NCBI GenBank assembly: GCA_030740155.1
Contig: JASLXV010000032.1
Span: forward strand, 64,001 to 128,000
Direction of reading: 5' to 3'
Source: Dehalococcoidia bacterium
GTDB lineage: Bacteria > Chloroflexota > Dehalococcoidia > Lucifugimonadales > UBA3495
Length of the DNA: 64,000 bases
The notes below the pieces were generated by a model, which worked only from the letters and a program-made list of their open reading frames with translations, did no database searches and had not been told where the DNA came from. This document shows positions 49,994-59,424 of the stretch, in pieces; position 1 is the first letter of the stretch; every line of letters begins with the position of its first letter. Made by a program: the position numbers and the translations under genes.

Positions 49994-50830
49994 GTGCGGC
50001 GGATCACCGATAACGTGTTCGTGGAGACCCAGGTCAGGGGCTGCAATCACGGGTTCGTGACGACTTCCGACGGTATCGTCATGATCGACAGCCCTCAGAA
50101 GCCCAGCGACGCCCTGAAGCTGAAGGCGGAGCTGGCCACGCGGGGACGGCTTCGCTACATCATCAACACCGAGCCCCACGGCGACCATTGGACCGGAAAC
50201 GCTTTTTTCGACGCTCCGGTCGTCGCCCACGAAGGCGTGAGAACCCGCATGCTCGCCACCGATATGGCGAAGCACCTGGCCTGGGTGGCTGATATGGGGC
50301 CCGAAGAGCCCGGCCTGCTCCAAGGTTACGAGGCCAACGCCCCCGTCATGACCTTCCACAGCGGAATGAACCTCCACGTGGGAGACCACACCTTCCAGAT
50401 GATCCACATGCCCGGCCACACCCTTTATCAGGCGGCCATTCTGATCAAAGAGGAGGGAGTGGTTTTTACCAGCGACAACATTTTCCACAAGGTGCACACC
50501 TGGTTGCAGGAAGCGGACCCGGACCGGTGGCTGGCGTCGCTGGAATCGCTGCGGAAGCTGGACGAGGAGATATTCGTGCCCGGCCACGGGGATCTGTGCG
50601 GCAAAGACTACCTGGACGAGCAGGGCTCCTTCGTCTTGGAATGGAAGGAGTACGTCAAGGACGCCGTCGACCGGGGCATGACCAAGGATGAGGCGGTGGC
50701 CGGCCTCACCAAGATGACGGACCGGTACCCCATGGACGTGGAGCAGGAGGGGATGGCCCCCGGGGTGATGCGGAGGAACGTGGCCAACTTGTATGACGAC
50801 CTGACGGGCGCCTGGTCCCCTCCGGGGTAG
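49994..50830 (+). CDS. MBL-fold metallo-hydrolase (cyclase-like)
   Basis: INTEPHGDHWTGN, PGHT, FTSD, VPGHG; GTG follows AAGGAGG. Confidence 0.88.
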   Translation: MRRITDNVFVETQVRGCNHGFVTTSDGIVMIDSPQKPSDALKLKAELATRGRLRYIINTEPHGDHWTGNAFFDAPVVAHEGVRTRMLATDMAKHLAWVADMGPEEPGLLQGYEANAPVMTFHSGMNLHVGDHTFQMIHMPGHTLYQAAILIKEEGVVFTSDNIFHKVHTWLQEADPDRWLASLESLRKLDEEIFVPGHGDLCGKDYLDEQGSFVLEWKEYVKDAVDRGMTKDEAVAGLTKMTDRYPMDVEQEGMAPGVMRRNVANLYDDLTGAWSPPG

Positions 50831-50857
50831 CGTGGCTGGAATGCTGTCTCGTATCTT

Positions 50858-50924
50858 CGTCTTCCCGGCGTAGGCCGGGAACCAGCCCCCGCATCTCTGG
50901 ATTCCGGCCTACGCCGGAATGACG
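50858..50924. repeat. CGTC-type REP-like inverted repeat
   Basis: cgtcttcccggcgtaggccgggaaccag ... ctggattccggcctacgccggaatgacg. Confidence 0.75.
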
Positions 50925-50998
50925 GTGTTTCTGAGGGTCCTATCGCTTTGAGATTGTCGTAGGTCAGGGGCCGGAACCAGATAAGCTCTCGACCGGGT

Positions 50999-51694
50999 CT
51001 ATTCCTCTGCCGGGGGCTCCTCCGGGGGCTCTTCGGGAGTCTCTTCAGGTTCTTCCTCGGAGGGAATTTCGGAGGGCATCTGCTGCCGGGCGATCCAGTT
51101 CTGCAGCCACTTGCGAAACTCGTCGAGCGCCGGCGGGGAAACGTAAAACACCTCGATATCCGCCGGAAACTGAATCTGGTGCCGCTCGCTCACCAGGAGC
51201 AATCCGGCCTCGTCTTCCCCCAGGGTGGAGTCGATCTGCTTCGCAATGTGATCGTAGCGGCTCCGGTTGCTCTCGGCAAACCACTCCTGGAGCTTTTGCG
51301 CCACCGTTCCGCTGATGAGGGGCAGCATCAGGCATCTCTGGAGGTCCAGAATTTCCGCCAGCAGGCCCGTATCCTCGGTGGCCTCTAGCGTAGCGCCGGA
51401 CTCACACTTGGCCTTGACGAACTGGTGGCTCCGCAGGTCCATTCTTTCCAGATGGTCCAAGCCTTCCTGGCCACCAACGGGTACGCTTTCGTGATACAGG
51501 TGGCGCAGGCCGCCCAGCGCCGACTCCAGCGAACTCACCTGGGTCTGCATCTGGTCCCAGTACTTGGCCAGGGCGGCCACGCCATCCCGCGCCTCGTCGG
51601 GCGGCCCGAACATCAGGGGAACCAGCAGCAGCTTCCTGCGCCCCTGATACTGCTCGGCGGCGGGCCGGGATATCCGGCCTATCTCCTGGGCCAT
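50999..51694 (-). CDS. Hypothetical protein with acidic Pro/Glu tail
   Basis: MAQEIGRISRP.. follows GGAGG; protein-like composition; tail EEEPEETPEEPPEEPPAEE. Confidence 0.7.
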   Translation of the reverse strand: MAQEIGRISRPAAEQYQGRRKLLLVPLMFGPPDEARDGVAALAKYWDQMQTQVSSLESALGGLRHLYHESVPVGGQEGLDHLERMDLRSHQFVKAKCESGATLEATEDTGLLAEILDLQRCLMLPLISGTVAQKLQEWFAESNRSRYDHIAKQIDSTLGEDEAGLLLVSERHQIQFPADIEVFYVSPPALDEFRKWLQNWIARQQMPSEIPSEEEPEETPEEPPEEPPAEE

Positions 51695-51920
51695 CTGGCC
51701 ACCTCCGGATTCGCGGGCAACGGATAGGGGCCGCCGGGCTGCCGGACGGAGTTGCACCCACGGCCGCCGTCCAGTATAACCCATGACCTGCGGCAGGCTA
51801 CTGCCGCGCCGCCCCGGTATGCAGCGGTTCCTCCATAACACTGCCGTAATACTTTTCATGACATGCTGGTTTCGTTGGCAACCCGTACCAGACGGCCTCT
51901 GGTGGTGAGGAGGGTCGAAA

Positions 51921-52514
51921 ATGAACTGGCTGGATTTGGCTATACTCGGCAGTATCGCGATCGGGGCCTTGATGGGGATGTGGATCGGAGTGATACGGGC
52001 CGCGTTTACCGCCGCCGGGGTGGTTTTGGGAATCCTGATGGCCGGGCACTTTAGAGGCAACGTGGAGGCGCTGGTTGCCGGCCACGTTGCCAGCGATACC
52101 CTGATAACCGTGCTGGGCTATGCCATCATCATCCTGGCGGTTGCCGGCGGGGCCGTCATCGCGGTAACCATTGTGCGCAAGCTGGCTTCGATGCTGCTTC
52201 TCGGTTGGGCGGATCGAGCCGGCGGCATGGCCTTGGGCCTGGTGGCCGCCACCTTGGTCTCGGCGGCGGCTATCGTGGGCCTGGTGGGCCTGGCCGATAG
52301 CTACGAACTTCCCCGCGACGGGGTGGCCGGGACCGTCTTGGAGAACACCCCCTGGCTGGACGAGGCGCGGGAGGGACTGCGGAAGTCTCTCGATGATTCA
52401 GTGATGGTGTCCGTGCTGGCCGGCGTGACGGATACCGTTCCCATCGGCGCGCTGGCTCGAGTAACGTCAGAACCCGCGGGGGCCGGCCACAGCCTGTGGC
52501 CGTTGGTCCAGTGA
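51921..52514 (+). CDS. cvpA: CvpA family membrane protein
   Basis: MNWLD...G...G..R, LGWADR.GG..LG. Confidence 0.8.
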   Translation: MNWLDLAILGSIAIGALMGMWIGVIRAAFTAAGVVLGILMAGHFRGNVEALVAGHVASDTLITVLGYAIIILAVAGGAVIAVTIVRKLASMLLLGWADRAGGMALGLVAATLVSAAAIVGLVGLADSYELPRDGVAGTVLENTPWLDEAREGLRKSLDDSVMVSVLAGVTDTVPIGALARVTSEPAGAGHSLWPLVQ

Positions 52515-52614
52515 GCGCCGGGCGGGATTGCTCATCCGGCTGACGGGCCTGGTGCTGGAAGTAACCGCGCGTATCATCCGCCCGCCCGAGCATGCCGGAG
52601 GGCGCGATGCCGCT

Positions 52615-52670
52615 GGTTCGACAAGCTCACCACGAACGGGAAAGCTCCGTTCGCCCGGAGCGGTTCGAAG
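52615..52670. repeat. REP-like element (ttcgacaagctca...aacgg type)
   Basis: ggttcgacaagctcaccacgaacgg...ccgttcg between convergent genes. Confidence 0.5.
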
Positions 52671-52708
52671 CACCGGGTCCGGCCTGTTTTGAAATCTTCG
52701 GATCGGCC

Positions 52709-53539
52709 CTAATCCAGGCTGTCGATGAACCGGAGCGTCTCCTCCACACAGCGGTCGGGCATCAGTAGCTGGATGCCGGCGGCCACATTGGGAAAGACGA
52801 CGAGTCCCCGGCAATCCGGGAGTTGGCTTCTGATGAAGAGTTGGTCGTCGATTGGAGAGTTGGCGCTCTTGTCGCCGGTCATGAGCAGCGTCGGGGCCTG
52901 AATCTTGGAGAGCGCCCCGGACACGTCGGCCGTCTGGACGATGTAGTGAAGCCCTACTGCCACTTCATGGGGCGTTTTCGAGTGCTCGTCGAGGTGCCAC
53001 TCCAGCATCTTGGGGTCGGCCAGGTCCATATCCATGCGGTTGGGCCAGGTGTTGATCAGCCACTGCCGAAGCCCCAGCTTTTCCACGCCGTCCGCCATCG
53101 AGGCGGTTCCCTGGACGTAGAGCGACCTGGGCTTGTCCAAAATCTTGTACGGGGAGTTCACCAGGGTCAGGCTCTTGATGCGCTCGGGGTGGTTGATGGC
53201 GAAAACCATCCCGATGGTTCCCCCTGATTCGAAGCCGATCCAGTGGAACTTCTTGATGCCCGCGTGGTCGGCGATGGCCAGGGCGTCCTCGGCCAGACGT
53301 TCGGCCGTCCAGGGCGTTCCGGCGGGCGGCACCTGGGAGTGGCCACAGCCCCGGCAGTCGTTTCTGATCACCTTATACTTGCGCGACAGGCCGGGCACCC
53401 ATTGAATCCACCACTTCATGCTCCGGGCGTAGCCGTGGTGCATGAAGATAGCCTCGTCGGTCTCCGGGGCCCACGGGTCTCTGAAATCATCCACGTGGTA
53501 GTGAAGCTCCACTCCATCGTCGGTCGTTACTTTCGGCAT
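52709..53539 (-). CDS. Alpha/beta hydrolase fold protein with degenerate triad
   Basis: HHG, DCRGCGHS, HPERIKSL, I.APTL..GD. Confidence 0.85.
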   Translation of the reverse strand: MPKVTTDDGVELHYHVDDFRDPWAPETDEAIFMHHGYARSMKWWIQWVPGLSRKYKVIRNDCRGCGHSQVPPAGTPWTAERLAEDALAIADHAGIKKFHWIGFESGGTIGMVFAINHPERIKSLTLVNSPYKILDKPRSLYVQGTASMADGVEKLGLRQWLINTWPNRMDMDLADPKMLEWHLDEHSKTPHEVAVGLHYIVQTADVSGALSKIQAPTLLMTGDKSANSPIDDQLFIRSQLPDCRGLVVFPNVAAGIQLLMPDRCVEETLRFIDSLD

Positions 53540-53743
53540 CGGCCCAAACCTCCAAGGGGAAAGAGTTCCTTCCGGCCAGGGTAGATATTAGGGCCTATCC
53601 GGCCGGTTGACAACCGTTGCCCAGGCCGGCACCCGTGGGGCCGGGGCCGCCGCGCTAGCCGCACCTCGCGTTTTCCTACTCTAGTGTTACCTATGCCCCC
53701 GGTCTGGATCTAACCCATGTGCCCGGTTGCGCCGGAGCCTGCT

Positions 53744-53810
53744 CCCTCACCCTGACCTCGATAGATCGAGGTCTTCCCTCTCCCTCAGGGAGAGGGACCG
53801 AGGGTGAGGG
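53744..53810. repeat. REP-like element (ccctcaccc...ccctctccc..gggagaggg type)
   Basis: ccctcaccctga..gacctcgatagatcgaggtc..ccctctccctcagggagaggg..gggtgaggg, nested palindromes. Confidence 0.65.
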
Positions 53811-53930
53811 CAAAAGGCCGTCCGCCTACTGTGGCGGGGTATTGAATCGTGGGGTACAATTGGCCCCAGCCGGGTTCCGGCAACTATTCGAAAAGGCGAT
53901 ATTGGCGAAACCGGTGGCAGGGAGAGGACC

Positions 53931-54899
53931 ATGGCTTTGGGATCGCAGCAACTGCTAGAAATGTACCGGAAGATGGCTACCATCCGTGAATTCGACCGGA
54001 AGGCCGTGGAGGAGTTCCACCATGGCAACATTCCGGGGGTGGTCCACGCCTACATCGGCGAGGAGGCGGTGGCCGTTGGGGTGTGCTCCGCACTGCGCCT
54101 GGAAGACCGGATCACCAGCACCCACCGGGGACACGGCCATACCATCGCCAAGGGCGCCGACATCAAGCTGATGATGGCGGAACTGTTCGGGCGGAGCAAC
54201 GGCTACTGCCACGGCAAGGGCGGCTCGATGCACATCGCCGACTTCAGCGTGGGCATGCTGGGGGCCAACGGCATCGTGGGGGCAGGATTGCCCATCGCCA
54301 CTGGGGCGGCCCTGGCGGCCCAATTGGAAGGCGGCGACCGGGTGGCGGTGTGCTTTTTCGGCGATGGCGCCTCCAACGAGGGATCTTTTCACGGCTCCTT
54401 GAACCTGGCATCCATCTGGAAGCTGCCCATCATCTTCCTGTGCGAGAACAACGGATGGGCCGTGTCCGTGCCGGCCTCATATGGCCTGTCGGTGGAAGAC
54501 GTTGCGGTGCGGGCTTCCGCGTACAGCCTGCCGGGCGTGACGGTGGACGGCACCGACGTGCTGGCGGTACATGAGGCGGTCCAGCAGGCGGTGCAGCGGG
54601 CCAGGGCCGGGGATGGGGCCACGCTGGTCGAGTGCAAGACCCACCGCTGGCGTATTCACTCGGAGCAGCGGGGAGACCCCCAAGACCCCAGACCCGAGGA
54701 GGCCCGCGATGCCGGACCCCAGAGAGATCCCATTGAATTCTTCTCCGCCCGGCTGGTGGAGCAGGGAGTGGCCACCATTGCCGGCCTCGAACAAATAAAC
54801 CTAGAGGTTGAGGCCCACGTGGCGGAGGCCGTTGATTTCGCCAAGGCCAGCCCGTTGCCCAAGCCGGAGGACGCGCTGCTGGACGTGTTCGCTCCCTAG
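53931..54899 (+). CDS. TPP-dependent dehydrogenase E1 alpha subunit (AcoA/PdhA family)
   Basis: GEEAVAVG, STHRGHGH, GKGGSMH, GDGA..EG...LN....LP.IF.CENN. Confidence 0.93.
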   Translation: MALGSQQLLEMYRKMATIREFDRKAVEEFHHGNIPGVVHAYIGEEAVAVGVCSALRLEDRITSTHRGHGHTIAKGADIKLMMAELFGRSNGYCHGKGGSMHIADFSVGMLGANGIVGAGLPIATGAALAAQLEGGDRVAVCFFGDGASNEGSFHGSLNLASIWKLPIIFLCENNGWAVSVPASYGLSVEDVAVRASAYSLPGVTVDGTDVLAVHEAVQQAVQRARAGDGATLVECKTHRWRIHSEQRGDPQDPRPEEARDAGPQRDPIEFFSARLVEQGVATIAGLEQINLEVEAHVAEAVDFAKASPLPKPEDALLDVFAP

Positions 54900-54952
54900 A
54901 CAGGGCGGAGCCGGGGACGGCAACCCTATCAACCGAATTCGAGGGTGAAACC

Positions 54953-55918
54953 ATGAGAGAAATCACCTACACGGAAGCCTTGATGGAAGCCTTTCGCGAG
55001 GAGATGCGCCGTGACGAGAAGGTGTTCCATCTCTGCGGGGGCTTGGGGGCCCTGGCGGGGCTCATCCCCGAGTTCGGCCAGGCGCGGGTCCGGGTCTGTC
55101 CCATCTCCGAGGAGGCCTACGTGGGAGCGAGCATCGGCGCCGCGGGCAGCGGCTTTCGTCCAATTGTCAGTCCGGGGATGATGACCTTCGCTTTCACCGC
55201 CATGGACCAGATAGTGAACCAGATGGCGAAAATCCACTACATGTTTGGCGGGCAGGCGACATTTCCCATCGTGTTCCGGGCCAACACCGGGGGCGGCCGG
55301 TCCGCCGCCGCCCAGCACTCGCAGAGTCCCCACCCGATGTTCATGAGCCTGGCCGGGCTAAAACTGATCATGCCCTCCAACCCCTACGACGGCAAAGGGC
55401 TGATGAAGAGCGCCATCCGGGACAATAACCCCGTGGTGTTCTTCGAGGACCAGATGATGGATCTGGGGGGAATGACCGGCCCGGTGCCCGAGGAGGAGTA
55501 CACCATACCCATCGGCGTGGCCGACATCAAGCGCCAGGGTAAAGACATCACCGTGGTGGCCATTTCCAAGATGGTGCGAGAGTCCCTCGCCGCCGCCGGG
55601 GAGTTGGCGAAGGATGGGGTCTCGGTGGAGGTGGTGGACCCCCGGACCCTGGTTCCCCTGGACCGGGAGGCGATCAGAGCGTCGGTAAGGAAGACGGGCA
55701 GGCTGGTGGTCGTTGACGAGGCGTGCATCACCTGTAGCGCGGCCGCCGAGATCGCGACGGTGGTCACCGAAGACCCGGCTACCTTCCGCGCGCTGAAGGC
55801 CCCTCCCAAACGGGTCTGCGCCCCCGACGTTCCCATCCCCTACAGCCCGATCATGGAGAAGTTCTGCATCCCGGACCAGGCGGACATTATTCAGGCTGTC
55901 AAAGAGGTCCTGGCCTGA
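54953..55918 (+). CDS. TPP-dependent dehydrogenase E1 beta subunit (AcoB/PdhB family)
   Basis: PISE, DQIVNQ.AK..YMFGG, AAQHSQ, D.KGL.KSAIRD.NPV.F.E, DPRTLVPLD. Confidence 0.92.
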   Translation: MREITYTEALMEAFREEMRRDEKVFHLCGGLGALAGLIPEFGQARVRVCPISEEAYVGASIGAAGSGFRPIVSPGMMTFAFTAMDQIVNQMAKIHYMFGGQATFPIVFRANTGGGRSAAAQHSQSPHPMFMSLAGLKLIMPSNPYDGKGLMKSAIRDNNPVVFFEDQMMDLGGMTGPVPEEEYTIPIGVADIKRQGKDITVVAISKMVRESLAAAGELAKDGVSVEVVDPRTLVPLDREAIRASVRKTGRLVVVDEACITCSAAAEIATVVTEDPATFRALKAPPKRVCAPDVPIPYSPIMEKFCIPDQADIIQAVKEVLA

Positions 55919-56034
55919 ACCGCAAGCTGAGGTTCTTTCCGGAGGGGCTCGGTGGACACCGGCCGCGTTCTTGCCACCGTTGCCCCGTTGGTTCACTATC
56001 TTCACGGCGGGAGACCAAATGATCGTGATCGGGC

Positions 56035-57291
56035 ATGACGATTAAAGACACGACGCAGCCCCAGCCCCAATCTGACGAAGACCGAGACGTTCGCCTGCGC
56101 GGCGGATTCATCGTCTCCGGACTGGCGAGCGGGCACGCCCCGTTCCACTGGTTTCTACAGAGCTTCGTCGTCGTGCTGCCGGAAATCCAGAGTGCTTTTC
56201 AGCTCAGCGCCGTTGGAGTGGGCGCTATCCTCACCGTCCGGGAGCTGGCGTCGGGGATCGTGGCCCTGCCCGGCGGTGTGGTGGTGGACATTCTTCGGAA
56301 GCACTGGGGACTGGTTCTGGCGGCCTGCATCGGAATCTTCAGCCTGGGCGCCTTCGCCATGGGCCTGTCTCCGGCCTATCCGGTATTGCTAGTCGGAATT
56401 GCTCTCGTGGCGATGTCCCACTCTATCTGGCATCTGGCGGCGGCGAGTTCAATGTCGTATCACTTCGCCCAACGTCGCGGCCTGGCCTTATCCTTTCACG
56501 GCGTCGGCGGCAGTATCGGAGACGTGGCGGGGCCGGTGGTCACCGGGACGTTGCTGGCGGTGCTGAGCTGGCGCGGCATCCTCAGCGTGTACGCCGTGGT
56601 GCCGTTCTTCATGGCATTCATGGCGTATTGGGCGTTCCGGCGTTTGGGAAAGAATGCCAAAGGGGTCGTGGAAAGCGGCCCTGATCTCAAGGTGAGGGCC
56701 CGGGTTGAGGTGACCAAGCGCCTGTTCAAGAGCCCCGTGCTGTGGGGGATCACGCTGGTCAAGGGGTTGCGGGGAATGGCGCTGGTGGGGCTGGTCACCC
56801 TGCTGCCCCTTTATCTGGATAACGACCTGGGGCTGAGCTCGTTCAGCCGGGGGATTCACATCGGGCTGCTGATAGCTATCGGATTGGTGGCCAAGCCGGT
56901 GGCGGGCTACATCTCGGACCGGGTGGGCCGAAAGCAGGTGCTGGTGCCGGGCCTGCTGTGGTCATGCGTCATCTGCCTTCTGATCATACCCTACGGCGAC
57001 GGACTGGCGCTGACCGTCCTGGTCGCCCTACTGGGCCTGTTTCTGTACCCGGATCAGCCGATACTGACGGCGGCAACCCTGGACATCGTGGGTACCGACG
57101 TTGCCTCCACCGCCCTCGGGATGATGGCGTTCATCGGGTTCCTCCTCAGCGCGGTATCGGCGCTGATAGTCGGGGGATTGTATGAGACCTGGGGTGTCGA
57201 CCCGGCGCTCTTCTACATCGCCACCCTGTTTGCCCTGGCGGCTACCGTGTTTGGGCTAGTGCGATTGACCCCTATTGACCGAGGTCCATGA
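56035..57291 (+). CDS. MFS transporter (FSR-like)
   Basis: About 12 hydrophobic segments; RRGLALSFHG.GG, GYISDRVGRK. Confidence 0.88.
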   Translation: MTIKDTTQPQPQSDEDRDVRLRGGFIVSGLASGHAPFHWFLQSFVVVLPEIQSAFQLSAVGVGAILTVRELASGIVALPGGVVVDILRKHWGLVLAACIGIFSLGAFAMGLSPAYPVLLVGIALVAMSHSIWHLAAASSMSYHFAQRRGLALSFHGVGGSIGDVAGPVVTGTLLAVLSWRGILSVYAVVPFFMAFMAYWAFRRLGKNAKGVVESGPDLKVRARVEVTKRLFKSPVLWGITLVKGLRGMALVGLVTLLPLYLDNDLGLSSFSRGIHIGLLIAIGLVAKPVAGYISDRVGRKQVLVPGLLWSCVICLLIIPYGDGLALTVLVALLGLFLYPDQPILTAATLDIVGTDVASTALGMMAFIGFLLSAVSALIVGGLYETWGVDPALFYIATLFALAATVFGLVRLTPIDRGP

Positions 57292-57485
57292 TTCGGGCCA
57301 ATCGCGCATCATTCCCTGACTGAATCTCACCTTCCCTCCCACCCGCCTCAAAACCTCTTTCCCGAGCAGGGTGAACCTTCTCATGAAGAATGGGCGGTCC
57401 GACGGGTTGATTCTGAGGGTGGCTGAGAATCGCCGGAAGGCTGGGGACCGATTAGCAAATGGCGAGGACGCCGGTCCCTGACGCT

Positions 57486-57803
57486 TCAGGGAGCCCAGGG
57501 CACCTCGATCTCCAGGAGGGGCGCGTACTGCTGGCCCCCGAAGATGTCGCTGTCCTCCAGGTCTCCCGAGAACACCGGCCTGGGTATGCTGAACTTGATC
57601 GCCAGGGCGTTGTCACAGTTGAAGAAGAGGACCTCTTCCTCCGGCTGCCGGTACATCCGGGCGACCAGCCCCTTGTTCAGCACCCCCGAGTCCCGGACCC
57701 GGGTGTAAACCTCCGGGTCATCGAACATGATGTCAAAGGTCAGCACGAAGGGGCCGGCATTCTTGCTGCGCACCAGCTTGGTCACTTCCCAGAGCTTGGG
57801 CAT
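57486..57803 (-). CDS. DUF4387 family protein (copy 2)
   Basis: VRSKNAGPF.LTFDI.F, AIKFSIPR, DIFGGQQYAPL. Confidence 0.9.
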   Translation of the reverse strand: MPKLWEVTKLVRSKNAGPFVLTFDIMFDDPEVYTRVRDSGVLNKGLVARMYRQPEEEVLFFNCDNALAIKFSIPRPVFSGDLEDSDIFGGQQYAPLLEIEVPWAP

Positions 57804-57871
57804 AATCGAAACCTCCGATTACTGATCCCTGCGTGAATTGCTAAACATTGCCAGTGGCCGGGCAGGACCGG

Positions 57872-59242
57872 CTAGACCCGGACCAACTCGGTCGAGAACA
57901 TTTCGTAGGGCGTTTCCGGCTCCACCACGTGGTTCAAGTTGAAGCGGTGGACCGGGCCGCGGTTGAGCACGGCGGGGCTGTAGGGGTAGGCCAGGGCCGT
58001 GATCAGGCCGTGCCACTCGGGAACCGGGTTATGCACCGCCAGATGCTGGCAGCTGTCGGCGATGGAGGTGGCCAGGTCCTCGGTTGGAGCGGTTACCTCG
58101 ATGAAGATGCACAGCTCGTGGGCCAAGTGGGTCGAGGGTTCCAGGGGCCCCATGGTGCCGTTGCGGCCGTACACCCGGAAGAACACGGAGTAGTCCCGGT
58201 CCATCTCCAGCCCGCCGAAGGCGTCCTGGATTCTGACGGCCAGCCGCTGCTTCAAGTTGTCGAGCCAGGAATCGACCTGCCGGATGATGATGGGGTCCCG
58301 GATGCTGCCGATAACCACGCTCTGGTATCCCGCCAGCTCAACTCCCTCCAGTTTCACCGTGTAGGTTTTCGCCGGCACCCATCCGCAGCCCGAGACCTTC
58401 ACCGCCCGGCCGGAAACCGCCTCGTAACGGGCATCGGTGGTGTCGAGCATTCCAGAGGCTTCGTAGAGGTGAAAGGGGTCCGCGTTCTCGTACAGGGTGT
58501 GGGACGCCACGCTCTGCGGGGTGCACCAAAGCTCTTCACCGGGCGGTTCCACGATGAAGTGGTCCTTGCGGATGGTGGCGAACATGCAATCGGGGGCCCG
58601 GCGAATGGCGGCGCAGGCCGCGCCGCATTCCAGGGTTTTGGCGGCGTGCCACACCGGGCCTTCGGCGAAACCGCGGGCCATGGGAATGGCGGCGAAGAGG
58701 GAGGTATCGCTGGACCGGCCGGCCAGGACCACCTCGGCCCCCTCCTCCAGGATCTTGGCGATGGGCTCGGTCCCCATCATCCCCACGATGTGGACACTGT
58801 TGTTGATCACCTCGTCGTTGATGGGCGGCGCCGGTTGGAGGGCGTGAATCTTTCCGTCGGCCAGTTTGCCTTTGAGGTATTCCCGGTCCTGCTCGGAACG
58901 AATGATCCCCAGCCGAAATCTCAGGTCATCCTCCCTGGCGATCTCGGTGATTACGTCCAACGTCCACTGGAGGTTGAGGTCCCCGCCGCCGGAGCCGGCG
59001 GAGCCGATGATCAGCGGGATCGCGGCCCGGCGGGCGGCCAGCAGCATCAATCTTATGTCGCGCTTCACCGCGGATTTGGGGAAGTGGCACTTCCCGGTGG
59101 CCAGGGCGTCGGGGCCTCCGTCGGTGGAGCCGGCATCACAGGCGATGAAGTGAGGCTCCCACTCCATGGCTCGGTGCAGGGACTTCTCCGCATAACCGGA
59201 GCCGAGCATACCAGTGGGCGCCAGGGCCCGAATCTCGTCCAC
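57872..59242 (-). CDS. AtuA/DUF1446 family protein (copy 2)
   Basis: TGMLGSG, DAGSTDGGP, IIGSAG, AGRSSD, WHAAK.LECGA, HTLYENADP, YTVKLEG. Confidence 0.9.
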   Translation of the reverse strand: MDEIRALAPTGMLGSGYAEKSLHRAMEWEPHFIACDAGSTDGGPDALATGKCHFPKSAVKRDIRLMLLAARRAAIPLIIGSAGSGGGDLNLQWTLDVITEIAREDDLRFRLGIIRSEQDREYLKGKLADGKIHALQPAPPINDEVINNSVHIVGMMGTEPIAKILEEGAEVVLAGRSSDTSLFAAIPMARGFAEGPVWHAAKTLECGAACAAIRRAPDCMFATIRKDHFIVEPPGEELWCTPQSVASHTLYENADPFHLYEASGMLDTTDARYEAVSGRAVKVSGCGWVPAKTYTVKLEGVELAGYQSVVIGSIRDPIIIRQVDSWLDNLKQRLAVRIQDAFGGLEMDRDYSVFFRVYGRNGTMGPLEPSTHLAHELCIFIEVTAPTEDLATSIADSCQHLAVHNPVPEWHGLITALAYPYSPAVLNRGPVHRFNLNHVVEPETPYEMFSTELVRV

Positions 59243-59424
59243 GGCGGACCTCCTCTGGGAAGAGTGGGGCCTGGGAATCCAGCGGTTATCGTGACGCTCG
59301 CGGGCCCGGCCGACGGCCCCTTGAACTGGAGGTTACTTCGAGGCCGTGGGGGTGTCAAGGATGGCTGGTAAGTGGAGCGGGCACACCGGCCAGGGCCGGG
59401 GATGCCGGGAGGGGTAGCGCCGGT

